The position numbers and the translations under genes are program-made. A stretch of DNA of 64,000 nt, taken from a virus. Location: IMG/VR virus record IMGVR_UViG_3300009161_000023, positions 1 through 64,000 of that record; one strand, 5' to 3'. Positions 28,430 through 38,876 of this stretch are shown here, one piece after another. The notes under the pieces were generated by a model. That model saw nothing but the letters and a program-made list of their open reading frames with translations. It had not been told where the DNA came from and made no database searches. Position 1 is the first letter of the stretch. Every line of letters begins with the position of its first letter.

Positions 28430-29559
28430 AGGCAATTAAAATGACATGGTTTACTTCTATTTTAACTTTTGGTGGTATTTTTGTTGGCATATGGGCAACC
28501 ATTAAATATGTTATTTTGTTTGAATTAAGAATTGATAATAATACCTTTAGAACTTTATATGAATTATCTTTAAAAGAAGCTAAATTTATATTAGAAGAAG
28601 AATTCTTTTCTGAGAAAAGGCAACCTGTTATTTACAGAGCTTTTTGTTTTTTTAAAAATCAACCTTGGTTTTACTTAACCCATGGAGAAAGGCTTCTTCA
28701 GGCAGGATTCAATGGAAAAGATCAAATATCTTATGTAATTTGTGCAAGGTGGAACTTTAATAAGCTTAAAATATTTTTAAAATCTAATCTTCCATGTTTA
28801 CAATTAGAATATTTTGGTATTCCAATTAGAGTTGCAAATCCTTGGTTTACAGATAAAATTGGATCAATTAAAGAAGCTAATTATCCAATTCAAGCTGAAT
28901 CTTTTTGGAAGGATCTAGATGAAGACATTCAGCTTGTTGTTGATGGTAACATTTCAAAAGCTAGTGCAATTTTTTATGGTGAGCCTGGTAATGGCAAAAG
29001 CTCTTTAGTTAAGTACCTAGCAGTTAAATATAAATTGCCGATAGTAATTTTGACTTTTGTGCCAGAATATACAAATATGGAAATCATGTACATGTTTTCG
29101 CAAATAAGCGAAAATTGCATAGTTTTACTTGAAGATTTTGACAATTATTTCGATAAAAGAAAATGTATTATAGGAGAAAGCAATAGTGGAACTAATAATG
29201 TTGGCATTAAGTTTACATTTGACTCAATATTAAATTGTTTAGATGGCGTTTATAATAATTATAAAAAAACAGTATTTATTATGACTGTTAATGATATTGA
29301 AAAGGTTGATATTGCGTTGAAGAATAGACCAAGCAGATTTAAGCATTTGATGAACTTTGATAATCCAGATTTTGAATTAAGATTTAAAATAATACCATAT
29401 TGGGCAGAAGAAACTTCTGGATTAAACTTGGATCAAATTTTTAGGATGAAAGAATTTAAAGAAAAAGGATTTTCTTTAACCGATTCTTTATCTAAAATTA
29501 AAATAGAAAAACAAATAGAAGACATGGAAAATAAAGATTTAAACATGCCGTATATTTAA
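28426..29559 (+). CDS. Membrane-anchored AAA+ ATPase (BCS1-like)
   Basis: N-terminal TM, GEPGNGKS, LLEDFD, LNCLDG, RPSRF. Confidence 0.8.
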   Translation: MKAIKMTWFTSILTFGGIFVGIWATIKYVILFELRIDNNTFRTLYELSLKEAKFILEEEFFSEKRQPVIYRAFCFFKNQPWFYLTHGERLLQAGFNGKDQISYVICARWNFNKLKIFLKSNLPCLQLEYFGIPIRVANPWFTDKIGSIKEANYPIQAESFWKDLDEDIQLVVDGNISKASAIFYGEPGNGKSSLVKYLAVKYKLPIVILTFVPEYTNMEIMYMFSQISENCIVLLEDFDNYFDKRKCIIGESNSGTNNVGIKFTFDSILNCLDGVYNNYKKTVFIMTVNDIEKVDIALKNRPSRFKHLMNFDNPDFELRFKIIPYWAEETSGLNLDQIFRMKEFKEKGFSLTDSLSKIKIEKQIEDMENKDLNMPYI

Positions 29560-29617
29560 ATTGTAATTCCATAAATTTAAAGCTATTTAGTTTTATTACT
29601 TTAGGGATATATAAATT

Positions 29618-29995
29618 ATGGTAAATAACAATCAACAAATTTGGGATTTATTAGAAAAACAAGATATTTCAAAAGTTTATATTTCTTATTCTACTAAAAG
29701 AAAAAAAGTAGAAGACCAAATAAGTATTATAATTCAAGATGTTACAATTGTTTGCAAGCATGCAAATCATTCTATTTTTCACGATGAGATATTTAAAGAA
29801 GATTCATTTTTAAGAATGCCTATTTTTAATAGTCACAAAGAAATTATAGGAAAATCGGATGGGTTGTTAACATATGACAATATTAAAAGAAAAATAACAT
29901 TAAAAGGAAAGTACAATAAAAAAATTATAGAAGAATATAAAATAGAATTGGATGAAAAACATGAATGTTTTAAAGCCAACATTGACAACGATTAG
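29618..29995 (+). CDS. Hypothetical protein
   Basis: 125-aa ORF. Confidence 0.6.
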   Translation: MVNNNQQIWDLLEKQDISKVYISYSTKRKKVEDQISIIIQDVTIVCKHANHSIFHDEIFKEDSFLRMPIFNSHKEIIGKSDGLLTYDNIKRKITLKGKYNKKIIEEYKIELDEKHECFKANIDND

Positions 29996-30224
29996 TTCTG
30001 TTTTGATTGCTTATGGTATCTTTTTGATATCTTGGCCAGCTCCGTTTTTATTTTTAGTACCAGAAGACTTTAAGTTTATAATTTTTAATTGGATTTACAA
30101 TCTTGATAATGATAAAAGTAAAATGCCAGAATTACTTTTTTTGTGGTTTTTTTGGCATGTTCCTTGTGGAATTTTTTATTTTTTAATTGGATGTTTAGTA
30201 AAATTTACAAAAGATAATTTATGA
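29952..30224 (+). CDS. Small membrane protein
   Basis: Two hydrophobic segments. Confidence 0.55.
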   Translation: MKNMNVLKPTLTTISSVLIAYGIFLISWPAPFLFLVPEDFKFIIFNWIYNLDNDKSKMPELLFLWFFWHVPCGIFYFLIGCLVKFTKDNL

Positions 30225-30748
30225 AAAATATATTTTTAATTGCTGACACACATTTTGGGGATCAAAAATTATGTGATATACAATTTTTTAATGGAGAAAA
30301 ATATCGTCCTTGGGATAAGGCTTCTGACATGGATGAAGCTTTAATATGCAAATGGAATGAAGTTGTCGGGAAAAATGATATTGTTTATCATCTTGGTGAT
30401 GTAGCAGTTCAAAAAGAAAAATTAAAGCTGTTAGGCAAATGCAATGGTGAGAAAGTTCTTATAAGAGGAAATAAAGATAATTTTGGGCTTATTAATTATG
30501 TTCCTTATTTTTCTGATATTAAAGGTATTCATGTAATTGATAAGTTTATTTTAAGTCATGTTCCTTTATTTCATGCTTGTATTAAAGATGGAAGGGTTAA
30601 TGTTCATGGTCATTTGCACAGACAAGAAATTAAAAACAATAAATATTTAAATGTCAGTGTTGAAAAAATAAATTACAAGCCTGTTTCGATTGATGAAATA
30701 AAAATTAAATTAGATAGAGATCAAATGTATTCTTTGTTCGCAGATTAA
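30221..30748 (+). CDS. Calcineurin-like metallophosphoesterase
   Basis: ADTHFG, HLGD, GNKD (His replaced by Lys), HVP, HGHLH. Confidence 0.85.
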   Translation: MKNIFLIADTHFGDQKLCDIQFFNGEKYRPWDKASDMDEALICKWNEVVGKNDIVYHLGDVAVQKEKLKLLGKCNGEKVLIRGNKDNFGLINYVPYFSDIKGIHVIDKFILSHVPLFHACIKDGRVNVHGHLHRQEIKNNKYLNVSVEKINYKPVSIDEIKIKLDRDQMYSLFAD

Positions 30749-30750
30749 TA

Positions 30751-30776
30751 GCATGCAATAAAAAGCATGTTTTTTT
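30751..30776 (+). terminator. Possible intrinsic terminator
   Basis: GCATGC-loop-GCATGT followed by a T-run between convergent genes. Confidence 0.45.
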
Positions 30777-30815
30777 AAAAGTTAGTTTGTTTTTAAACCA
30801 AGAATTAACTATGGT

Positions 30816-31694
30816 TTATTTTCCTAAAATATAATCAACAAAATTTAAAGTCATTTGGAAATTTGGTTTTTCCAAAAATGAATAATCTTTTTTAATTTTA
30901 TCTACGATTAAAGAATCTTTAATAATCTGATCAACCTCTTGAGTTACTTGATTTTCAGTAATAATTTTTAATTCTGCGTTATGAATTGTGTCTCTATATT
31001 TTTTCATAGGATAAAAGTGTTTATTAACTTTAACTTCAATTTTTTTGCCAATAAAAGTTTCAAGTTCTTTTTCTGTAAGTGCTATATGAATAAATGCCTT
31101 ATTTGATTCATGGTATAAGTGACCTCCGTGTCTTGATGTCCAAGGATGCATTCTTGCATAAATTTTACCATCAGGAGACAATACTTCTTTTAATTTTTTA
31201 AATATTTCAATTTCTGATTCTCCTTCTATGTGATCAAATACATCATATAGAAGAATAATATCATATGGGCCACTTTCTACGACTTTTTCCCAATTAGTTG
31301 TAAAAGAGGTTGGCATTTTATTTTTTAATTTTGAATCAAATGTATCTTTTATATCATATCCAATGCAAACTGATGCTTTGCTATCTTCGGCAGCAGATAC
31401 AATATGTCCTTCTCCGCACCCAAAATCTAAAAATCTTTTATTTTTAATATTTTCTTCAATATAAAGGTCTAAAACACTAGTTGCTCTTTCTATTTTATCT
31501 TCTTCAGAATTTACATCACATATCATGTTGGGATCTACAGCTTCTGGCCAAAGAGGATTTTTTAAATCTTCTAAAGCAAGATAATATGTTGCTGAATTAT
31601 TAATATTAGGTAACAAAGATGTAATCTTTTCTCCCATGATATCAATTTTTTCATTAAGTTTTTTAATTTCTTCGATTAAAGTTTCTTCATTCAT
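30816..31694 (-). CDS. Class I SAM-dependent methyltransferase
   Basis: FLDFGCGEG, GYDI, YDIILLYDVFDH, LSPDGKIY. Confidence 0.85.
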   Translation of the reverse strand: MNEETLIEEIKKLNEKIDIMGEKITSLLPNINNSATYYLALEDLKNPLWPEAVDPNMICDVNSEEDKIERATSVLDLYIEENIKNKRFLDFGCGEGHIVSAAEDSKASVCIGYDIKDTFDSKLKNKMPTSFTTNWEKVVESGPYDIILLYDVFDHIEGESEIEIFKKLKEVLSPDGKIYARMHPWTSRHGGHLYHESNKAFIHIALTEKELETFIGKKIEVKVNKHFYPMKKYRDTIHNAELKIITENQVTQEVDQIIKDSLIVDKIKKDYSFLEKPNFQMTLNFVDYILGK

Positions 31695-31749
31695 AGTATT
31701 TTATTATAATAAATAAGTTAGAAAAATTTTTAAATTTCTTGGAAATAAA

Positions 31750-33375
31750 ATGGCAAAATATTTAGTTGTTCTAGGAGGAGTTTTTAGTGGCATTGGAAAA
31801 GGCATTTCCATTGCTTCGATTGGATATCTTCTTTTCTTAAGAGGATTGAAGGTTATACCAATAAAATTTGATCCTTATTTGAATACTGATGCTGGTATAC
31901 TTGCTCCAAGAGAACATGGAGAAGTATTTCTTTGTAATGATGGAAGTGAAACAGATTTAGATTTAGGGCATTATGAAAGAATTATTGGTTGTCAAGTTTC
32001 TAAAAACAACATTTATACAAGCGGAACTCTTTATAAAGAAATTATACAAGAACAAGAAGATGGTAAGTATTTAGGAGAAACAGTTCAAGTTGTTCCTCAT
32101 TTAACAAATAAAATCATTGATAAATTAAAAAGTATTGGCAAAGACAATGATGTTGTATTGGTAGAAATTGGTGGAACAGTAAGTGATATTGAAAGTATGC
32201 CTTTTATGGAAGCAATAAGGCAATTTAAGCAAAAAAATTCAAGTGATGTTATTATTGCTTTGTGTGCTCCAATTCTTTGGGTGCCAACTATAAAAGAATT
32301 TAAAACAAAGCCTTTGCAACAAGCTGTAAATTACATGCAATCTTGTGGTCTAATGCCAGAAGTATTATTGTGTAGATCAGATAGAGAAATTCCATCAAAG
32401 ATATTGGATAAAATTAGTGCTTTTACAAATGTTCCTAAAGATGCAGTTTTTGAAGCTTTAGATGTTAAATCAATATACCAAGTTCCAATTGAATTTTATA
32501 ATCGTCATGTAGACGATTTAATTATAGATAAATTTCACTTGCCAAGAAACGGTTTGAGAATTCATAAATATAAAGATTTAGTAGAAAAATATGTTAATTG
32601 TGAAGATTTACATTCAGTAAACATTGGTATTTTAGGCAAATATGATAATTGCGATGAAGCTTATTTAAGCTTAAGAGAAGCTATTTTTCACGCTGGCGTA
32701 GCAGAGAATGTTAAAGTTAATATTGTTTGGATGTCTGCTCAAGAATTAGAGCAGAATAAAGACTCTAAGTTAGCGTTTAAAATATTTGAAGATCTTGATG
32801 GTTTAATTATACCTGGTGGTTTTGATTCTAAAGGGGTAGAAGGAAAAATTAAAGGTATAAATTACGCAAGAAACAAAAAGATTCCATTTTTAGGTATATG
32901 CCTTGGTTTACAATGTGCTGTAATTGAATTTGCAAGACATGTTGGCCTTGAAAATGCTAATAGTCAAGAATTCGACATAGAGACAAAAAATCCAGTTGTT
33001 CACTTTATCGCAGGACAAGAAAAACTAAAGAAAAAAGCAGCTACTATGCGATTGGGAGCATACGATTGTGATTTAGTAAAAGATTCTTTGGCATTTGATC
33101 TTTATAAGAAAAAAACAATATCAGAACGCCATAGGCATCGTTATGAAGTAAACGATGCTTTAATTGATGATAGGTTTGAAAAAGAAGGATTTAGAATTAC
33201 TGGTAGACATCCAGAGACTAATTTAGTTGAAATTATTGAGATTGATAGAGAAAAACATCCTTACTTTATAGCTACTCAAGCTCATCCAGAATTCAAGAGT
33301 AGGTTGACTTCTCCTTCTCCTTTGTTTTTAGGATTAATTCAAGCTGCAAAAAAGAAGAGGAACATTAATATATAA
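31750..33375 (+). CDS. pyrG: CTP synthase
   Basis: GGVFSGIGKG, KFDPY, HGEVF, DLGHYER, GICLG nucleophile, ERHRHRYE, QAHPEF. Confidence 0.97.
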   Translation: MAKYLVVLGGVFSGIGKGISIASIGYLLFLRGLKVIPIKFDPYLNTDAGILAPREHGEVFLCNDGSETDLDLGHYERIIGCQVSKNNIYTSGTLYKEIIQEQEDGKYLGETVQVVPHLTNKIIDKLKSIGKDNDVVLVEIGGTVSDIESMPFMEAIRQFKQKNSSDVIIALCAPILWVPTIKEFKTKPLQQAVNYMQSCGLMPEVLLCRSDREIPSKILDKISAFTNVPKDAVFEALDVKSIYQVPIEFYNRHVDDLIIDKFHLPRNGLRIHKYKDLVEKYVNCEDLHSVNIGILGKYDNCDEAYLSLREAIFHAGVAENVKVNIVWMSAQELEQNKDSKLAFKIFEDLDGLIIPGGFDSKGVEGKIKGINYARNKKIPFLGICLGLQCAVIEFARHVGLENANSQEFDIETKNPVVHFIAGQEKLKKKAATMRLGAYDCDLVKDSLAFDLYKKKTISERHRHRYEVNDALIDDRFEKEGFRITGRHPETNLVEIIEIDREKHPYFIATQAHPEFKSRLTSPSPLFLGLIQAAKKKRNINI

Positions 33376-33378
33376 AAT

Positions 33379-33762
33379 ATGGAAAACTTTAAAGACTTCT
33401 TTTTTTTAGAATCAAAAGAATTTTTCGCTACTCAATGTGGTGACATTTTAAATGCAATTCAAAATTTAGAAGATGAATCTGAACATATTGGCACTAGAAA
33501 TTTAGTAAGATATGGTTCTAATATTGCTAATAGCATTAGAAATTTAATTCATTCTCATTGGACAGATGATCTAGAAGACCATTTGCGAATTTTGCAAAAA
33601 GCAGGTGTTGCAATTTTAAAAGCAATTGAAGAATCTTCTGATTTATTAGAAACTATAAAATCAGCTAGGTTAGCCTTAGATGAATTAGTTAAAAAATTAG
33701 GCATGCCAATCAATGATGTTGGAGTCCCAGAAAAAGAATCAAAATCTAAAGAATCAGAATAA
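33379..33762 (+). CDS. Hypothetical protein with leader
   Basis: MENFKDFFFLE start, TATATA upstream. Confidence 0.65.
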   Translation: MENFKDFFFLESKEFFATQCGDILNAIQNLEDESEHIGTRNLVRYGSNIANSIRNLIHSHWTDDLEDHLRILQKAGVAILKAIEESSDLLETIKSARLALDELVKKLGMPINDVGVPEKESKSKESE

Positions 33763-34550
33763 TGTGTGGATTAGCTGGATTTATTGGAACATCAAAAAAT
33801 AAAGATTTATCTTTTAAATTGATTACATCTATTTTTTTAAATTCTCAAGTTAGAGGAATTGATGCATGTGGATTTTATGCTTGTGCAAATGAAAATACTT
33901 TTTTTCACAAACAAAAAGGAAAAGCAAGCAGTTTAATAGAATCAAATATTTGGAATGATTTAAAACTTCAAGACTTAGATTTATTATTAGCACATACTAG
34001 AAGAACATCGTTAAATTCTGGATCTTCTGAATTTAATATTAACAATCATCCTTTTGTTCTTGATAATTCAGCATTAATACACAATGGAGTTATTCATGAT
34101 TATGAAAAAATAAAAGAATTTATTGAAACTGCTTCTACTTGTGACTCAGAAGTATTATTGAATTTTATCTCTAATTATACCGATAATTATTTTTTAGATA
34201 GATTAGAAAAAATTAAAGAACTTTTATTCTTTATAAGAAACAGCGAGTTTGCTTTTTGTTTATCAGATAAATTAAAAAATTCAAAGAATATATGGCTTGT
34301 TAAAAACGATAAAAGACCATTGTTTTTAATCAATTGTAAAGAAGACTTGAATCAATATTTTTTTCTTTCAACTATTGAAATTTGGCAAGATTCCATAGAA
34401 AAAATAAAAAATATTAATAAACTTTTACCAAATTATAGTATTTTAGAAATACCAAATTATTCAATATTAAACATTTGTTTTGAAAATAATAAATTTAAAG
34501 AAATTTTTTTTAACTATAATACTTTTGATTTTGAAGAAAAATATTATTGA
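33762..34550 (+). CDS. Class II (Ntn) glutamine amidotransferase-like protein
   Basis: MCGLAG, RGIDACG, HTR, NNHPF, HNG, CDSE. Confidence 0.85.
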   Translation: MCGLAGFIGTSKNKDLSFKLITSIFLNSQVRGIDACGFYACANENTFFHKQKGKASSLIESNIWNDLKLQDLDLLLAHTRRTSLNSGSSEFNINNHPFVLDNSALIHNGVIHDYEKIKEFIETASTCDSEVLLNFISNYTDNYFLDRLEKIKELLFFIRNSEFAFCLSDKLKNSKNIWLVKNDKRPLFLINCKEDLNQYFFLSTIEIWQDSIEKIKNINKLLPNYSILEIPNYSILNICFENNKFKEIFFNYNTFDFEEKYY

Positions 34551-34566
34551 TTAATTAGGAGGATAT

Positions 34567-35100
34567 ATGAATGAAGATTGGGAAAAAGATTATGAAGTTG
34601 ATGATATTTTGAAAAATGAGAAAAAAACAAAAAAAGTAAATGGTAATAGCAAGGGTAAAAGAACTGAAAGATCTTTAGCAAATATATTAAATAAAAGATT
34701 TACTAGTGGTTTTAGTCGTACAGTAGGTTCTGGAAATCGTTGGGCACAAGTAAAAAACTTACCTCAACACGCAAAAGACACTTTGACAGGCGATTTGTGC
34801 TGTCCTGAAGGATTTAAATTTGTAATTGAATCTAAAGGTGGCTATTCAAAGGTTGATTTAAACAACATATTTGATAAGGGAAACTCAGAGTTAGATGAGT
34901 TTATCGAGCAAGTTTCTAAAGATTCAGAAAGATGTGAAAAAAAACCATTGCTGATATGGAAAAAAAATCATAAGCCTTGGCTTGCTTTTGTAAAGAGTCA
35001 AGATTTACAAGGGGACTATAACTACAAGATTATATATAGAGATTGGGTTATTGTACCATTAAAAGAACTTCTTGAATTACCAGATAGTTATTTTTTTTAA
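34567..35100 (+). CDS. Holliday junction resolvase (Hjc-like PD-(D/E)xK nuclease)
   Basis: KGKRTER, R..GSG, GDL, IESK, PLLIWK. Confidence 0.8.
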   Translation: MNEDWEKDYEVDDILKNEKKTKKVNGNSKGKRTERSLANILNKRFTSGFSRTVGSGNRWAQVKNLPQHAKDTLTGDLCCPEGFKFVIESKGGYSKVDLNNIFDKGNSELDEFIEQVSKDSERCEKKPLLIWKKNHKPWLAFVKSQDLQGDYNYKIIYRDWVIVPLKELLELPDSYFF

Positions 35101-35108
35101 TTATAAAA

Positions 35109-35741
35109 ATGAATATAGGAATATTACTAGCTGCTGGCAAAAGATCAAGATTTAATAGTAAAATCCCAAAGCAGCTGTATAAGATTAACGAAAAACCAAT
35201 TATAAGTTATTCATTTGAAGCAATGAAAGATTACTTGGATGATATATTAATTGTTACAAATAGCTCATGTTACAAAAAAATTAAAAGCATTTATCCTAAA
35301 ACAAAAATAGTTATAAACAATAAAGATTGTAGATTTGAATCTTTAAAAATAGCAATTAATAATATTAAAGGAGATGTTGAAAACATTGTAATACATGATG
35401 TAGCTAGACCATACATAAAGTCTAATAATATAAAAGAGCTTTTAGAAAAGTCAAAAACTCATATGTACTCTCAGTACTATTTGAAATTAACAAATGGATT
35501 AGTTGAGAAAAATACCAATGGTTATGATGTTGTGGATAGAAACAAATACATAGAATTGTGTACTCCAAAAATTATTGATTATCATTTGTTTAAATTTTTA
35601 TTTGATAAATATATTTATCCAAAAAACAGGATAACATGTGAAGTGCTTCCTTTAATGAATAAATTTAATATAAAACATTGTCTAATAGAAGGATCAAATA
35701 GATATTTAAGAAAAGTTACAACCGTAGATGATATTTATTAA
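35109..35741 (+). CDS. IspD/TarI-like cytidylyltransferase
   Basis: LLAAG.RSRF..PKQ, R.ESL, IHDVARP, KVT..DD. Confidence 0.8.
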   Translation: MNIGILLAAGKRSRFNSKIPKQLYKINEKPIISYSFEAMKDYLDDILIVTNSSCYKKIKSIYPKTKIVINNKDCRFESLKIAINNIKGDVENIVIHDVARPYIKSNNIKELLEKSKTHMYSQYYLKLTNGLVEKNTNGYDVVDRNKYIELCTPKIIDYHLFKFLFDKYIYPKNRITCEVLPLMNKFNIKHCLIEGSNRYLRKVTTVDDIY

Positions 35742-36477
35742 TAAAAAAATACCAGTAATAATATGGATGTACCACACTGAATTATGGGATGAATTTTTAC
35801 AATTACTTGTTAAAAATAAGAATTATGTATATCCAGTTGTTGGATTGTGTAAGGGCAATGATAATAAAACTATTATAAAATCAATTAAAGAAAATTTTAA
35901 TGAATTTAATATTGATTATTATGATAATTATGGCAAGGACATAGGCCCATTTCTATATCAAATACAAAAAATAGAATCTTCTTTTTTTATAAAGATACAT
36001 TCTAAAAAGTCTAAATTAACTTTTGACGAATCTATTAATTGGAGAGAATTGCTTGTAAACGACCTTTTAGGAGAGGTTCTGTTGTCTAATATAAAAACTT
36101 TAAGTTCAGATAAAATACTCTTACCTTGGAAAAAAATTGGAAATAATGATATTGGATTAATTTCTAATAGAAGATTTATAACAAGCAACCATGAATATAA
36201 AAATAAAGAAAACATAAAACAAATTTGTAATATAATTAATATTGATTATGAAAAACTTAAAAACGGTAGATTTATTAGCGGAACTATGTTCATGAGTAGA
36301 ACTGATATATTTAAGAAATACTTCAACTGTGTTACCTTGCCAAAAATTATAAAATTAATAAAGCCTGAAACAGGCGATGTAAAAGATACAGTATTTGGAA
36401 CATTTACTCATGCACTTGAAAGAATATTTGGATATATCATAACAAATGAAGGAATGAGAATAACTTCTCCTAATTAA
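35728..36477 (+). CDS. RgpF-like (rhamnan synthesis F) glycosyltransferase domain
   Basis: YHTELWDEF, NYGKDIGPF, KIHSKKS, FISGTMF, HALERIFG. Confidence 0.8.
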   Translation: MIFINKKIPVIIWMYHTELWDEFLQLLVKNKNYVYPVVGLCKGNDNKTIIKSIKENFNEFNIDYYDNYGKDIGPFLYQIQKIESSFFIKIHSKKSKLTFDESINWRELLVNDLLGEVLLSNIKTLSSDKILLPWKKIGNNDIGLISNRRFITSNHEYKNKENIKQICNIINIDYEKLKNGRFISGTMFMSRTDIFKKYFNCVTLPKIIKLIKPETGDVKDTVFGTFTHALERIFGYIITNEGMRITSPN

Positions 36478-38218
36478 TTTTAATATTATTTAAAAATGTA
36501 GTAATTAATTGTAATTTATCATTTCTTTCTACAGCTTCAGATAATTTAACATTTAATACATCTAAATATTTAATAAAATTATTTAAATTATTTGTATTGT
36601 CAGCTAAATATTTAAATTCAGCTAATCCATAATCTACAAATGTTATTTTTTCATCTAATACTAATATATTTTGAAGTCTAAATTCTGGATAAAAAATACT
36701 ATTGTTTGTTAATTCATTGAATATATCTTTTATTTGTGTTTTCCAATCTTTAGGCAAGTTAAAATTATCATATAATGATTCTCCACAATAAGACATCTTT
36801 ATTGTTTTGCTTTCTATATCAAAACTTATTAATTTCGGCACACTATTTAAATTTTGTATTTTTTTTAATATGTCTAATTCTTTTTTAAATATATCTAATG
36901 AATTTTCATGACCTTCTGTAATCCATCTTAATTTATCATTATATTTTTTAACTACAATATTATTTTTAGGAAGTAGATAAATATGAGCAGTTGACCCAAA
37001 TCCATAAGCTTTTAATTTTTCGTTAAATTCATCATCTATACTATTATGATATTTGAAATTTTCAATAGTATGTAAAAATATACTTATTAAGTTAACGGAT
37101 TCTGATTCATCTTTAATTCCTTTTTTACTACATTGCAAAAAGAATCTCATGCTTTCTAACATTTCAATATATGCTGGAAAATCAATATATTCATTGATAT
37201 TTATTTCGTAAGTTTCTTTATTTTTATTGTGTTTTTTAAAAGAATCTGGATTATGATGTAGCACATATTCATATAAAATATCATACATTAAATTCAATGA
37301 TATTATTTTATTTCTTTCATCATTATCAGATAAAATATTATCTATGAAAAAACTAAGACTATTTTCTATTTTTTTAATTCTTTCTCTAATTGGTTCGTAG
37401 TGGGGAGAATTAAATATAACATGAAGATTATTCTGTGTATTTGTTGATATGTTTTTTTGATATACAGTTTCTTGAATATTATAAATATTTAATTTTTTGT
37501 GTAAATTAGATATTAAAACATCGACCTGATCTATAATTGGATAAAGATTTTTAAATAATACAGGAATGCATTTGTGATTTATAATGTAAAAATGTGTAGA
37601 GTGAAATTCATCGTCAAATTTATACCAAATATTATTGTATATTTTGTTTTTAGAACAAGCATTTAGCATTACGATATCCCAATCATCTGGTATTTCTTTA
37701 ATGTATTTTTCAATGTTTTCTGTGTTTGCTACAGAGATATCATCTTCTGTTATTATTGTGTAATCTTTGAAATTAATATAACCATATATCATGCTTCTTA
37801 AATGAGAAATGTAACATGCCAAAGGGCCATCTTGAATGTGTATATTATCATCGTTTATTTTTGAAAACTGGTCTATTTTTAATGGCTTTAATTCTATATT
37901 TGGATTAAAATCTGAAAGAAAATGTAAAACAAAAGATAAGTCATTTATTAGTTGTTCTTTGTTTTTCCAATTAGTTGCTTTTAAATGGGAAAAATTATTT
38001 AAAGATATTTTTTTAAATTCATTTATTGTACTTTCATATCTTTTATAATCTTTTTCAAGATTTATCATAATGCAATTCATGTCAATTTTTTTTTTAAACA
38101 AATGCTTTTCTATGATTTCTTTAATGTTAATTTTTTTATCTGATAAATTACTTGCATATTCTTCATATTGGAATCTTTTAACATCTACTCCTATTAATCT
38201 CTTGTCTTTATTATTCAT
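36470..38218 (-). CDS. GT25-like glycosyltransferase fused to a kinase-like domain
   Basis: INL..R, ACYISHL, ITEDD, STHFY; C-terminal GFGSTAHIY, VVKK, NILV, DYG. Confidence 0.75.
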   Translation of the reverse strand: MNNKDKRLIGVDVKRFQYEEYASNLSDKKINIKEIIEKHLFKKKIDMNCIMINLEKDYKRYESTINEFKKISLNNFSHLKATNWKNKEQLINDLSFVLHFLSDFNPNIELKPLKIDQFSKINDDNIHIQDGPLACYISHLRSMIYGYINFKDYTIITEDDISVANTENIEKYIKEIPDDWDIVMLNACSKNKIYNNIWYKFDDEFHSTHFYIINHKCIPVLFKNLYPIIDQVDVLISNLHKKLNIYNIQETVYQKNISTNTQNNLHVIFNSPHYEPIRERIKKIENSLSFFIDNILSDNDERNKIISLNLMYDILYEYVLHHNPDSFKKHNKNKETYEININEYIDFPAYIEMLESMRFFLQCSKKGIKDESESVNLISIFLHTIENFKYHNSIDDEFNEKLKAYGFGSTAHIYLLPKNNIVVKKYNDKLRWITEGHENSLDIFKKELDILKKIQNLNSVPKLISFDIESKTIKMSYCGESLYDNFNLPKDWKTQIKDIFNELTNNSIFYPEFRLQNILVLDEKITFVDYGLAEFKYLADNTNNLNNFIKYLDVLNVKLSEAVERNDKLQLITTFLNNIKIN

Positions 38219-38220
38219 TT

Positions 38221-38874
38221 TTAATCCTCTTCGTTTAATAATTCATGGGAATTAATTGTTATAACATTGTCCATCCATTCTTCTGCTTTGTGAGAATAAG
38301 GGCTTGATTTAAATTTTTTATTATAATCAGATCCGTAATTCATTTGTAAAAATTTATTAGTATTTTTAGGAATAAATGTTTTTATACCTAAAAAATCTAC
38401 CATTTCAAATGGTAAAAAGTTATTTATATCCCATTCTTTTTTAAAAAATAATATTGATTTATCATTAGATTCATATGCGAATAAATCAACAAATGGCCAG
38501 CAATACTCTTTTCCTTTTAATGCACATTCTTTCCAATATTTAACCCTTGAATTTTCTAATATTTCATTTCCATTTGAATAACAAAATTTTATTGTTTCTT
38601 TTTTGTCTTTGTAGAAAACATTAATGTTATTGTATTTTTTTGAAATATCATAAATTTTTTTAAATATAGTATCGTCTACTAATAAGTCAATATCGTCATC
38701 CCAAGGTATAAAATCATTGTGTCTAACATATCCTAGAAGAGTCCCAGAAATTAAACAATGATTTATTTCAAAATCTTTTAGAACAGCAATAGTTTCTTCT
38801 AATAATTTAATTGCTATTTTTTTATGATTACCAAAGCCATTATTTTCATTAAAGTAATTTTTAAAATTTTCCAT
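38221..38874 (-). CDS. LicD-family phosphotransferase
   Basis: GTLLGYVRHNDFIPWDDDIDL, VDLF, YG. Confidence 0.88.
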   Translation of the reverse strand: MENFKNYFNENNGFGNHKKIAIKLLEETIAVLKDFEINHCLISGTLLGYVRHNDFIPWDDDIDLLVDDTIFKKIYDISKKYNNINVFYKDKKETIKFCYSNGNEILENSRVKYWKECALKGKEYCWPFVDLFAYESNDKSILFFKKEWDINNFLPFEMVDFLGIKTFIPKNTNKFLQMNYGSDYNKKFKSSPYSHKAEEWMDNVITINSHELLNEED

Positions 38875-38876
38875 TT

